Shown here piece after piece: positions 55,813 through 64,000 of a DNA stretch of 64,000 bases. Location: the NCBI GenBank assembly GCA_964612455.1, contig CAZTCB010000004.1, forward strand, positions 3,350-67,349, written 5' to 3'. Position 1 is the stretch's first letter, and every line of letters begins with the position of its first letter. The DNA is from an uncultured Subdoligranulum sp. (GTDB lineage: Bacteria; Bacillota; Clostridia; Christensenellales; CAG-314). A program made the position numbers and the translations under genes. The notes under the pieces were generated by a model. It was not told where the DNA came from. It ran no database searches and saw only the letters and a program-made list of their open reading frames with translations.

Positions 55813-56727
55813 ATGGAAAGGATAAAAACGCCCGTACCGGACAACGTTGTGCTTGAAAACGAGCGTAGTCAGGGTGTTGACAAACAGGTTAACGAACTTT
55901 CGACGTACGGCTTTTTTAAATATATATACGCCAAGAGCATGTTTAAAATGTTTGGTTTAAATTTGCTTATGTGCGTTTTTTTGGCACCGCTCGTTTATTT
56001 GTACTACCGTTTTTTCATTCAGTCGTTGAGTGTAGCAAATACGATACCTTACAACGGTTCGTTAGGCGTCGGTTTTGCATTCTGGCAGGGTGCCGAGACG
56101 TACGCGACGCTGACGTCCAACTCGCTATTGTCGAGTTTTTGGCTTTGGGCTATACTCGGCATTTGCGCCGTTTCGTTTGCTTTTGCCGGCGGTATTTGCG
56201 TAATACGAAACGCGTTTTGGACGGGAGAGCTTAAGGTCAGTAAATACTTTTATAAGGGCATATATCAATGCGGCTTGATTGCTTTCGTCGGTTTTGCTCT
56301 CGTAGGAGGCGCGATTTGCGGTATCGTGCATTTAAACTTTGTCATGACGGAGTGGAGTAAATTTGCGTCCGTCGTGGTTAATATAGTACTTATTGCGGCT
56401 ACCGTTTTTTTGGCGATATTCGTGTTTGTGCTTACAAGCGTGATGTCGACGTACAAACAATCTCTCGGGGTTTCTATAAAAACTTCGATTGCTATCATTA
56501 AAAAATATTTTATATCGACAGTACTCAATTTTATTATCGCGCTTATTCCCATCGTGTTGGTGTTGTGGCTTTCGAGCTCTATGCTTGCGGTAATAATCAT
56601 CATACTTTGTTTAATGATAGGTATGTATTACGTCGTATTGGTATGGCAGACGCATATGATGAAGATTTTTTCCATCTATCATCCGGTAGAAAAGATAGTC
56701 GTAAAGCGTAAAAAACAAATCAAATAG
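55813..56727 (+). CDS. polytopic membrane protein, possibly DUF624/YesL-like
   Basis: 304 aa. N-terminal FFKYIYAKSMFKMFGLNLLMCVFLAPLV resembles the YesL-family start. About 6 TM. Weak assignment. Confidence 0.6.
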   Translation: MERIKTPVPDNVVLENERSQGVDKQVNELSTYGFFKYIYAKSMFKMFGLNLLMCVFLAPLVYLYYRFFIQSLSVANTIPYNGSLGVGFAFWQGAETYATLTSNSLLSSFWLWAILGICAVSFAFAGGICVIRNAFWTGELKVSKYFYKGIYQCGLIAFVGFALVGGAICGIVHLNFVMTEWSKFASVVVNIVLIAATVFLAIFVFVLTSVMSTYKQSLGVSIKTSIAIIKKYFISTVLNFIIALIPIVLVLWLSSSMLAVIIIILCLMIGMYYVVLVWQTHMMKIFSIYHPVEKIVVKRKKQIK

Positions 56728-56738
56728 GGGCAGCGGTT

Positions 56739-58397
56739 TTGGCGAAAAGTATAATAAAGTTTCAAGAAGATCCCGACCTTTTGCTCGATATGGCAGAAGA
56801 CCATTCTCAGGCGGGACACCATGCAAAGGCTATCTCGCTCATTAAACGGGTACTTAAAAACAATCCTTCGGACCTCGACGCAAAATTTGCTTTTTCGCAG
56901 GAACTTATCAATATTTGCAGATACGGACAGGCAGAGGACGTTTTGTTTGAAATGTTGACTCGCGATCCGGAGGATGCCGCCGTTATTCTGGCACTCGGCG
57001 AGGCGTATTATTCTGCCGGCGATTGGACGATTGCGGCGTATTACTTTAAACGTTATTCCGATACGTCGGATATTCAGTTTCAGCCCGATATAGTGCAAGG
57101 CGCAGAGAGTTTTGCGAGTGACGACAGGGGTTTTTCGGTAGTTCATCCTTTGACCAAGGCTCGCGTGGCGGAGATGAGAAAGAAAGCCGCCGATTTGATA
57201 AGAAACGGACGTGTCGACGATGCGCGCGATATTTTTAAGGAAATAGAAGAGGCTTTTCCTAAAGACAGCGTCGCAAAGAGCGATATATCGTTTACTTATC
57301 TTATAAAAAACGATATAGAAAACGGCAAACTATACGCTCAAAAAGCGTGCGAGTTGGACGAAAACAATATTTCTGCGCTTTGTAACCTCGCGATGATTTA
57401 CAACCTTTCGGGAGAAAAGGAAAATTGCGAAAAAATTTGTCAAAAAATCAGTATTACGGAAACAGACGACGCCGCCGAGATTTTTAAGATAGCGAGCACC
57501 TTTTGCGAAATAAAGAATGACGAAATGGCATTTCTCTGGTTGGATAAATTTTTAAAGGCAGATCCGTTGCCTTCGCCGGAAGTGCTTTATCACTACGTTT
57601 TTGCGGCTTTTAACAGCGGGAGATACGACGTGGCGAAAGAAACGCTCGGGTACCTTTTGCTCGTAAACGAAAAAGATTACGTCGCAAAGTATTACGATAA
57701 AAAATTGGACGAGTACCTTGCTACCGAAGCGTCGCAAAAAGAACGTCCGACAACCGAAAGGTGGGATTATTATCCGCAGATTCCCGTTAAAGAATGGAAA
57801 AAACGCTTAGAGTACTTCAACTCCAAACAGGATTTTTTCGGCGTATGGCAGGATGAAGAAATTCAGGAATGGATAGGGTGGGCGTTTGATACCGTGCCGG
57901 ATCCCGCTTTGCACGACAGTCTTGTCGGCAAACTTGCTCAAACCGACAAAAAAAAGTGCGTAGAGTATTTTAAAAGGCTTTTGCTTAATCAAAACGTAAG
58001 CCTTGCGGTCAAGGGAAAGATTTTATTCTGTCTTTTGATACGCGGGGTAAGGGGAAGGATTTTTATCGTGCGCGACGGTTTTTTTACGACGATTGACGTA
58101 CCAAAGAGTATCCCCGATCTAATTGCGGATGCCGTTTTTCTTTGTATTGCAAAGTTGTCGATGTTTTTTATTCTCGACGGGGATTATCCGTCAAGGGTGG
58201 TCAAGGTTGCAAGAAACGTCCAATCACGTATTATTACGCATGGCTTGTCCGATAATCTCGACACGCGACAGCTGGCTGCCGTTATCGCTCGCAACTGCAA
58301 CTTTGAGTGGATTGACGACAAAAAAATAACCGAAGTTTTCGGCGTTACGTACAAAGAAATGACGGATATGAACGATTACGTATTTAACGCTGAGTAA
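56739..58397 (+). CDS. TPR-repeat protein, unknown function
   Basis: 552 aa, TTG start. N-terminal half has TPR-like 34-aa helical repeats (e.g. ALGEAYYSAGDWTIAAYYFKRY). C-terminal half unassigned. Confidence 0.65.
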   Translation: MAKSIIKFQEDPDLLLDMAEDHSQAGHHAKAISLIKRVLKNNPSDLDAKFAFSQELINICRYGQAEDVLFEMLTRDPEDAAVILALGEAYYSAGDWTIAAYYFKRYSDTSDIQFQPDIVQGAESFASDDRGFSVVHPLTKARVAEMRKKAADLIRNGRVDDARDIFKEIEEAFPKDSVAKSDISFTYLIKNDIENGKLYAQKACELDENNISALCNLAMIYNLSGEKENCEKICQKISITETDDAAEIFKIASTFCEIKNDEMAFLWLDKFLKADPLPSPEVLYHYVFAAFNSGRYDVAKETLGYLLLVNEKDYVAKYYDKKLDEYLATEASQKERPTTERWDYYPQIPVKEWKKRLEYFNSKQDFFGVWQDEEIQEWIGWAFDTVPDPALHDSLVGKLAQTDKKKCVEYFKRLLLNQNVSLAVKGKILFCLLIRGVRGRIFIVRDGFFTTIDVPKSIPDLIADAVFLCIAKLSMFFILDGDYPSRVVKVARNVQSRIITHGLSDNLDTRQLAAVIARNCNFEWIDDKKITEVFGVTYKEMTDMNDYVFNAE

Positions 58398-58407
58398 AAA
58401 AAATAGT

Positions 58408-58455
58408 AAACGACGCTCTTTCTCGTTTTTACCCGAAAGAGCGTCGTTTGTTTTT
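58408..58455. terminator. bidirectional rho-independent terminator
   Basis: 15-bp stem AAACGACGCTCTTTC / GAAAGAGCGTCGTTT flanked by A- and T-runs. Between the convergent TPR gene (+) and the ABC permease (-). Confidence 0.8.
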
Positions 58456-58468
58456 GTTAAAAAATCGG

Positions 58469-59278
58469 TTAATTTTTCCATTTTATCAGCGTTTTTTCTA
58501 CTCGCGCTACGATGAGATACATGACGGCGGCGACTAAGCAGAGTACGAGTATGCAGGTCATGACAAGATCGAGTTTAAACACTTGCCCGCCGTAAAGTAT
58601 CAGATATCCCAATCCTGCCTTGGACGTCAGGTATTCACCCATTATCGTGCCTATCCATGCCATGCCCACGTTGATTTTTAACGCCGACAGCAACGTCGGG
58701 AGATTTGACGGAAAAACCAGTTTGGCGAAGATCTGAAATTTCGTGGCATTCATCGTTTTTAACAACAGTATTTTATCTCCGTCGGTTTCGTTAAAACCGT
58801 TAAGCATCGTTATCGTTGTAATAACGACGGAAATAAGCACTGCCATCGTGATTATCGCGGCTTGCCCCGTCCCTGCCCATATGATAATGATGGGACCGAG
58901 TGCGACTTTGGGCAGACTGTTGAGTACCACCAGATACGGTTCAAATATTCTGTTCAGTACGGGCGACCACCAAAGTATTATTGCCGCAAGCGTGCCTATT
59001 GCCGTACCGAGGATAAAACCGATGAGAGTTTCTTTGGTCGATACCCATAGATGAGTAAATAACTCTCCCGTGACGGAAAGGCTTTTTAATTGTTGGCAAA
59101 TCTTTGACGGACTCGACGTAATAAAACTGTCCATTACGCCGCAATCGGTCAGTATTTGCCACAATGCCAAAAAAAATAAGAGAAACCCGATTTGTCCCGA
59201 AAGTATCAGGAGTTTTTTCTGTTTTGTTTTTTTAAGGTATCGCCGCAGAGCCGGCGACGTCTCTTGCTTGTGTTTCAT
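58469..59278 (-). CDS. ABC transporter permease, NitT/TauT (SsuC/TauC-like) family
   Basis: 269 aa, 6 TM. EAA-type loop region LLKTMNATKFQIFAKLVFP. Confidence 0.85.
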   Translation of the reverse strand: MKHKQETSPALRRYLKKTKQKKLLILSGQIGFLLFFLALWQILTDCGVMDSFITSSPSKICQQLKSLSVTGELFTHLWVSTKETLIGFILGTAIGTLAAIILWWSPVLNRIFEPYLVVLNSLPKVALGPIIIIWAGTGQAAIITMAVLISVVITTITMLNGFNETDGDKILLLKTMNATKFQIFAKLVFPSNLPTLLSALKINVGMAWIGTIMGEYLTSKAGLGYLILYGGQVFKLDLVMTCILVLCLVAAVMYLIVARVEKTLIKWKN

Positions 59279-60032
59279 TATCGTTTAGTTCCTTCCAGAT
59301 TTTATCAAATTGTTTAGAAAAGTCGGGCGCTTGTCGTCGCAACAGAGGCGACGAGTATTCGCCGAGGTTGGTCGCGTGTATGTTTTTTACCGTAGCCGGT
59401 CTATCGGAAAGGATGATTATTCTATCTGCCATGCTTATTGCTTCGCTTATGTCGTGAGTGACGAGCAAAACGGTTTTTTGCTCTTTTTTGATAATGGAGT
59501 ACACGTCGTCGCAAACGTTGATACGAGTCTGAAAATCCAATGCACCAAAAGGTTCGTCCAAAAGCAGTACCGTCGGATTGGCTGCGAGCGTGCGTATAAG
59601 GGCGGCTCTTTGTCTCATGCCTCCGGACAGTTGGTGCGGAAAACTTTTTGCAAAGTCTTTCAGACCGTATTTTTCGATGAGTTCGTCTATCCTTTTGCTG
59701 TTTTCGACGGTCAGTTTTTTTTGAATTTCGAGACCGAGTTTTATATTTTGTCGTATATTGCGCCATTCAAACAAGTGGTCGCGTTGCAGCATATATCCTA
59801 CGTCGTCGCTTACGTTGACGACTTGTTTGCCGTTTAACAGTATAGTACCGCTCGTCGGTTTTAAAATGCCGCTTATCAACGATAACAATGTGGTTTTGCC
59901 GCAACCGGAAGGTCCGACTATGGCAACGAATTCGCCTTCGTCAACGAAAAAATCAACGTTTTTTAAAGCTTGCGTTTCGGTTGTTTTGCTATAATAGGTC
60001 AAATTAACGTTTTTCAGCTCAAGTATATGCAA
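59232..60032 (-). CDS. ABC transporter ATP-binding protein, NitT/TauT family
   Basis: 266 aa, TTG start with AAGGAGAG RBS. Walker A GPSGCGKTT, signature LSGGMRQR, Walker B LLLDEPF. Confidence 0.9.
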   Translation of the reverse strand: MHILELKNVNLTYYSKTTETQALKNVDFFVDEGEFVAIVGPSGCGKTTLLSLISGILKPTSGTILLNGKQVVNVSDDVGYMLQRDHLFEWRNIRQNIKLGLEIQKKLTVENSKRIDELIEKYGLKDFAKSFPHQLSGGMRQRAALIRTLAANPTVLLLDEPFGALDFQTRINVCDDVYSIIKKEQKTVLLVTHDISEAISMADRIIILSDRPATVKNIHATNLGEYSSPLLRRQAPDFSKQFDKIWKELNDNETQARDVAGSAAIP

Positions 60033-60093
60033 AATAAAACTCTCCTTGGTAGTTACATTTTATTATATTTTTTGCCGTCGGTTTGTGTGAATT

Positions 60094-60120
60094 AAAAAGG
60101 GCGGTATCACCGCCCCTAAA
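60094..60120 (-). terminator. intra-operon hairpin (attenuator/terminator) after the binding-protein gene
   Basis: GGGCGGT, loop ATC, ACCGCCC. Flanked by an A-run on plus (T-run on minus) immediately downstream of the SBP stop. Confidence 0.55.
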
Positions 60121-60128
60121 AAAAAGAA

Positions 60129-61112
60129 TTATAGCGTTATTCCGTCCGCGATTTTATTGTAGACGAGCTTTTCAAACGCAACCCGCTCGTTCAGTTCGCC
60201 TGCGTTTGACATTATATCCTGCAATCTGACGAAGCTTTCCTCGGTCATCGAGGGGGTTGTTTTCCATGAGTCTGCCGCGCGATAGTTTCCTATTGCGTTT
60301 GCAAGGTCGTTTAGCTCCGTCCCTGTAAAAAAGTCCGTCAGTTTTTCGGCTACAGTCAAATTGTCGTTGCTGAGTAGCCAAAGCGTTGCTTCGTGTATGC
60401 TTTTTAAAAACGAGTCGAGTTTCTTTTCGTTTTTTGATATATAACTCTGCGTGGCGGCAAAACAGGTGTACGGGACTTCGCCGCCTTCCTGACCTATACT
60501 TGCCACGATATATCCGGAGCCTTGTTTTTCTATTTGCGTTGCCGTCGGTTCAAACAAGGTAACGTAGTCTCCCGTCCCGCTTGCAAAAGTAGGGGCGAGC
60601 ATATTAAACTGTACGCTGTAGTCCATCGTTATATTTTGTCCGTCGACGTATCCGTGTCGGTTGAGAATATATTGCAGCGTCATTGCGGGCATGCCTCCTC
60701 GTCGTCCCATTATTATCGTTTTGTCCTCGAGTCCCGACCAATCGAAGTCGGATTGAAAGTTTCTGCCAACCAAAAAAGCTCCGTCCCGCTTGGTTAATTG
60801 ACCGAAAACCATCGGATAATCCTGCTTGCCTTGTTGATAGACGTATATAGTCGTCTCCGGTCCGCACAAAGCGACGTCGGCGTTTCCCGATAGCAAGGCG
60901 GTCATACTTGCATCGCTGCCGCCTCCGTTGGTGAGTTCTATCTTGATTCCGTATTTTTCAAACAGTCCGAGAGAATCGGCGAGATAAAACGGTGCGTAAA
61001 AAAGAGAGTGAGTTACTTCGTTTACCCTTATCGTGTTCTCGGTATTATTGCATCCGACGAGCGGCAGTAACGTAAAGATAAACACGACGATAAAAATCAA
61101 TATTTTTTTCAT
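60129..61112 (-). CDS. ABC transporter substrate-binding lipoprotein, NMT1/THI5-like (SsuA/TauA-type fold)
   Basis: Start at MKKILIF (ACGGAGG RBS). Lipobox LPLVGC. Periplasmic-binding fold of the NitT/TauT family. Ligand not inferable. Confidence 0.8.
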   Translation of the reverse strand: MKKILIFIVVFIFTLLPLVGCNNTENTIRVNEVTHSLFYAPFYLADSLGLFEKYGIKIELTNGGGSDASMTALLSGNADVALCGPETTIYVYQQGKQDYPMVFGQLTKRDGAFLVGRNFQSDFDWSGLEDKTIIMGRRGGMPAMTLQYILNRHGYVDGQNITMDYSVQFNMLAPTFASGTGDYVTLFEPTATQIEKQGSGYIVASIGQEGGEVPYTCFAATQSYISKNEKKLDSFLKSIHEATLWLLSNDNLTVAEKLTDFFTGTELNDLANAIGNYRAADSWKTTPSMTEESFVRLQDIMSNAGELNERVAFEKLVYNKIADGITL

Positions 61113-61170
61113 AAAACCTCCGTTTGTAGTGCAATACACAATATTCCTTTGCTAAAATAAGTGTTAACGT

Positions 61171-61199
61171 TTGCCAAATTAAGAAAAACTTGTTATAAT
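61171..61199 (+). promoter_or_regulatory. sigma-70-type promoter (extended -10) of valS
   Basis: TTGCCA-17 nt (ending TGt)-TATAAT, only 33 nt upstream of the valS ATG. Confidence 0.65.
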
Positions 61200-61231
61200 A
61201 CAAGTCAAATGATTTTAAGGAATAAACAGCA

Positions 61232-63853
61232 ATGATGGAAAAAAATTACGAACCGTTGCAATTTGAAAGCAAAATTTATCAATGGTGGGAAAAAGAGGGA
61301 TACTTTACACCGCAAGTCAATCGAGAAAAAAAACCGTTTACCATTTTGATGCCGCCGCCAAATATCACGGGGCAATTGCATATGGGACATGCCCTCGACA
61401 ACGCCGTTCAGGACTGCCTTATTCGTTTTAAACGTATGCAGGGTTACGAGGCTCTGTGGTTGCCCGGTACCGACCACGCAAGTATAGCGACAGAGGTCAA
61501 GGTAGCTGAAAAATTGGCGGAAGAAGGTATTGACAAACGCGTTTTGGGCAGAGAAGGTTTTTTAAAAGCCGCATGGGCATGGAAAGAGAAATACAACGAC
61601 CGCATACTCACTCAGCTAAGACGACTGGGCGTCAGTTGCGACTGGTCTCGTCTTGCTTTTACTATGGACGACAATCTGTCTGCCGCGGTAAGGCATGTTT
61701 TTGTCACTATGTACAAAGAGGGGCTGATTTATCAGGGCAATCGCATTACCAATTGGTGTCCGACTTGTCGTACCGCCATTTCGGATGCGGAAGTGGACTT
61801 TGAGGAGCAACCGAGCAATCTGTGGTATTTTAAGTATTACACCACGGATAAAAGTCAGAGCCTTACGTTTGCCACCACGCGTCCCGAAACGATGTTCGGA
61901 GATACTGCCGTGGCTGTCAATCCCGACGATAGCCGCTACAAGGATATGATAGGCAAAAAGCTGATTTTGCCGTTTGTGGGCAGAGAAATACCGATTATTG
62001 CGGATAAATACGTCGAAAAGGATTTCGGTACGGGAGTGGTAAAAATAACGCCCGCACACGATCCCAACGACTTTGAAGTCGGCTTACGTCACGATTTGCC
62101 GGTGATTACAGTAATGGATGCCGACGGAAAGATGAACGAGCTTGCCGGTGAGGATTTTGTAGGTCTGACTGCAAAAGAAGCAAGAAAAAAAGTCGTCGAA
62201 AAAATGCAAGACCTCGGTCAACTCGTAAAAATAGAACCGTACAAACACAACGTCGGACAGTGCTATCGCTGCAAAACGACGATAGAACCGCTGGTAACCA
62301 AACAGTGGTTTGTTAAAATGGAGCCGCTTGCAAAGCCTGCCATAGACGCGGTAAAAAAGGGTAAGACAAAGTTTGTTCCCAAACGTTTTGAAAAAATATA
62401 CTTCAATTGGATGGAAAACATCAAAGATTGGTGCATTTCCCGTCAATTGTGGTGGGGACATCGTATACCGGTTTGGTATTGCGACGATTGCGGAGAGGTT
62501 ATTTGCGAGGAAGAAACCCCGCATGTTTGCCCAAAATGTAACAGTACTCGCCTGCATCAGGACGAGGACGTACTGGATACTTGGTTTTCCAGTGCCTTGT
62601 GGCCTTTTTCGACTTTAGGCTATCCCGCAAAAACCGACGATTTGGATTACTTTTTCCCGACGAGCGTGCTCGTTACGGCATACGACATCATTTTCTTCTG
62701 GGTTGCGAGGATGATTTTTTCGTCGGTAAAAAATATGGGAGAAGTCCCGTTTGCCGACGTCTTGATACACGGTATCGTTCGCGACGAGCAGGGTAGAAAG
62801 ATGAGTAAATCTCTCGGCAACGGAGTGGACCCGTTGGATGTCATTGACAAGGTCGGCGCGGATACTTTGAGGTTTAGTTTGTTAAACGGCGTTGCGTCCG
62901 GCGGAGATATAAGGTATTCGGACGCCAAGGTTATCGCCAATCGCAACTTTATGAACAAGTTGTGGAATGCCAGCCGTTTCGTGCTCATGAACGTAGAGGG
63001 TAAGAGGATTTTACCTATTGATGAGTGTAAACTCGGTCTTGCCGACAAATGGATATTGAGTAAACTCAACGATTGTATCAGAGAAGTTACCAAAAATCTC
63101 GAAAAGTACGAACTCGGTAACGCTTGTGCGGCATTGTATTCTTTTGTTTGGAGTGAATTTTGCGACTGGTACATCGAGTTTTCAAAACCGATGCTGACGG
63201 CTGGTACCGAAATTCAAAAAGAAAGTGCGGTAGGGGTGCTCGTTTACGTCCTCGACAAGATTTTAAAACTCATGCATCCTATCACTCCGTTTATTACGGA
63301 AGAAATCTATCAAGCTTTACCGATTCATGAGAAAACGATAATGACTCAGCCTTTCCCGACGGTTGCTAAAAAATTTGCCTATCGCAAAGAACGCAAACTC
63401 ATCGACGGCGTTAAAGAACTCGTTACCAAACTAAGAAACGCTCGCGCCGAGATGAACGTCGCCCCGTCAAAAACGATACGTTTGTTTATAAAGAGGGGAG
63501 AGGGTTTTGCCGACGTGCAAAAAGCAGAGGCGTATATAGCGAAACTCGTAAATGCCAACGTTACTTTCGTGGATACATTTACAGATGACAAACAGGTAGT
63601 CAGCGTCGTGACGACGGTTGCGGAGGCTCAGATACCTATGGGCGATCTTGTTGACTTTGAGAAGGAAAAAGAGCGTATTAAAAAAGAAATTGCGTCGGCA
63701 GATCAAGAGATAGCTCGTGCCGAAGGTAAACTGAACAATCAAGGTTTCGTTGCAAAAGCTCCCGCTCAACTAATAGAAGCCGAAAAAGCAAAACTTGCAA
63801 ATTATCGCGAAGTAAAAGCCAAATTGACGCAACGCTTGCAAGAGCTTGGTTAA
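61232..63853 (+). CDS. valS: valyl-tRNA synthetase
   Basis: 873 aa. HIGH-type PPPNITGQLHMGHAL, KMSKS, CP1 editing domain, C-terminal coiled coil. Confidence 0.95.
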   Translation: MMEKNYEPLQFESKIYQWWEKEGYFTPQVNREKKPFTILMPPPNITGQLHMGHALDNAVQDCLIRFKRMQGYEALWLPGTDHASIATEVKVAEKLAEEGIDKRVLGREGFLKAAWAWKEKYNDRILTQLRRLGVSCDWSRLAFTMDDNLSAAVRHVFVTMYKEGLIYQGNRITNWCPTCRTAISDAEVDFEEQPSNLWYFKYYTTDKSQSLTFATTRPETMFGDTAVAVNPDDSRYKDMIGKKLILPFVGREIPIIADKYVEKDFGTGVVKITPAHDPNDFEVGLRHDLPVITVMDADGKMNELAGEDFVGLTAKEARKKVVEKMQDLGQLVKIEPYKHNVGQCYRCKTTIEPLVTKQWFVKMEPLAKPAIDAVKKGKTKFVPKRFEKIYFNWMENIKDWCISRQLWWGHRIPVWYCDDCGEVICEEETPHVCPKCNSTRLHQDEDVLDTWFSSALWPFSTLGYPAKTDDLDYFFPTSVLVTAYDIIFFWVARMIFSSVKNMGEVPFADVLIHGIVRDEQGRKMSKSLGNGVDPLDVIDKVGADTLRFSLLNGVASGGDIRYSDAKVIANRNFMNKLWNASRFVLMNVEGKRILPIDECKLGLADKWILSKLNDCIREVTKNLEKYELGNACAALYSFVWSEFCDWYIEFSKPMLTAGTEIQKESAVGVLVYVLDKILKLMHPITPFITEEIYQALPIHEKTIMTQPFPTVAKKFAYRKERKLIDGVKELVTKLRNARAEMNVAPSKTIRLFIKRGEGFADVQKAEAYIAKLVNANVTFVDTFTDDKQVVSVVTTVAEAQIPMGDLVDFEKEKERIKKEIASADQEIARAEGKLNNQGFVAKAPAQLIEAEKAKLANYREVKAKLTQRLQELG

Positions 63854-63894
63854 AACTAAATAAGTATAAAGTAAACGCCCGTATGGCAATCGAA

Positions 63895-63932
63895 ACGCAC
63901 CCCAAAGTCAGACACTTTGGGGTGCGTTTATA
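63895..63932 (+). terminator. rho-independent terminator of valS
   Basis: 14-bp stem ACGCACCCCAAAGT / ACTTTGGGGTGCGT, loop CAGAC, followed by TTTAT. Confidence 0.7.
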
Positions 63933-64000
63933 TCTCGGCTTCGGTTTTTTTAGGTGGTTTCAGACTATTTCAGTTTAACGATTAAGCCGAAATAATCTCT

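Noticed and set aside
61113-61231. TPP (THI-box) riboswitch upstream of the ABC operon whose binding protein is NMT1/THI5-like. That would have suggested thiamine-precursor uptake.
   Set aside because: The minus-strand leader is under 120 nt, is shared with the valS promoter, and lacks the CTGAGA/ACCTGA-type conserved elements (no TCTCAG on the plus strand). The ligand is left unassigned.
1-64000. Searched by eye for tRNA/rRNA genes, CRISPR arrays, long direct or inverted DNA repeats, IS elements, prophage genes, toxin-antitoxin pairs and known defence-system signatures (restriction-modification, Cas, and STAND/AAA-nuclease combinations).
   Set aside because: None was found. All intergenic gaps are under 290 nt and are accounted for by promoters and terminators. 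The only recombinase is the broken integrase. A computational scan (tRNAscan-SE, Infernal, PADLOC/DefenseFinder, a repeat finder) should confirm this, since by-eye repeat detection at this scale is incomplete.

Overview
This 64-kb window looks like chromosome from an anaerobic Bacillota (Clostridia-like) bacterium. GC is mid-40s % by eye (not computed). About 80% of it is plus-strand housekeeping operons, and their gene order mirrors well-known Bacillus/Clostridium synteny blocks: lepA-hemW; pcrA-ligA-gatA-like; yicC-gmk-rpoZ-coaBC-priA-def-fmt-rsmB-rlmN-rsgA-rpe; ppx-maf-mreB-like; dnaG-sigA-trmK; and valS. It also holds tdh-kbl, a complete rnfCDGEAB cluster, a NitT/TauT-type ABC importer, a nitroreductase and a malic enzyme. 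I saw no rRNA, tRNA, CRISPR array or intact mobile element. The only mobile-DNA trace is a tyrosine recombinase gene broken by one in-frame TAA.

I found no recognisable defence or other multi-gene novel system. The items most worth a second look are single genes or gene pairs:
- A compact shikimate operon in which six pathway steps sit in four genes through two unusual fusions (AroC-AroB and AroA-AroE). It is led by a membrane-anchored ComEC-type MBL gene and includes a shikimate kinase with a non-canonical P-loop.
- A 996-aa protein with TM helices at both ends and three CBM4/9-like modules.
- A roughly 645-aa membrane-anchored protein with 53-residue tandem repeats and a Cys/His cluster, paired with a 108-aa membrane protein.
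- An MreB homologue with degenerate ATPase motifs, coupled to maf and followed by a DUF4349 lipoprotein instead of mreCD.
- A pair of half-size TSUP (TauE/SafE) genes.
- A 26-codon ORF with a strong RBS at the end of the rpe operon.
- A probably leaderless lepA.
- Local absence of remA and prpC-prkC from the otherwise conserved ylo cluster.

All family assignments rest on motifs read by eye and remembered family signatures. No database search was run.
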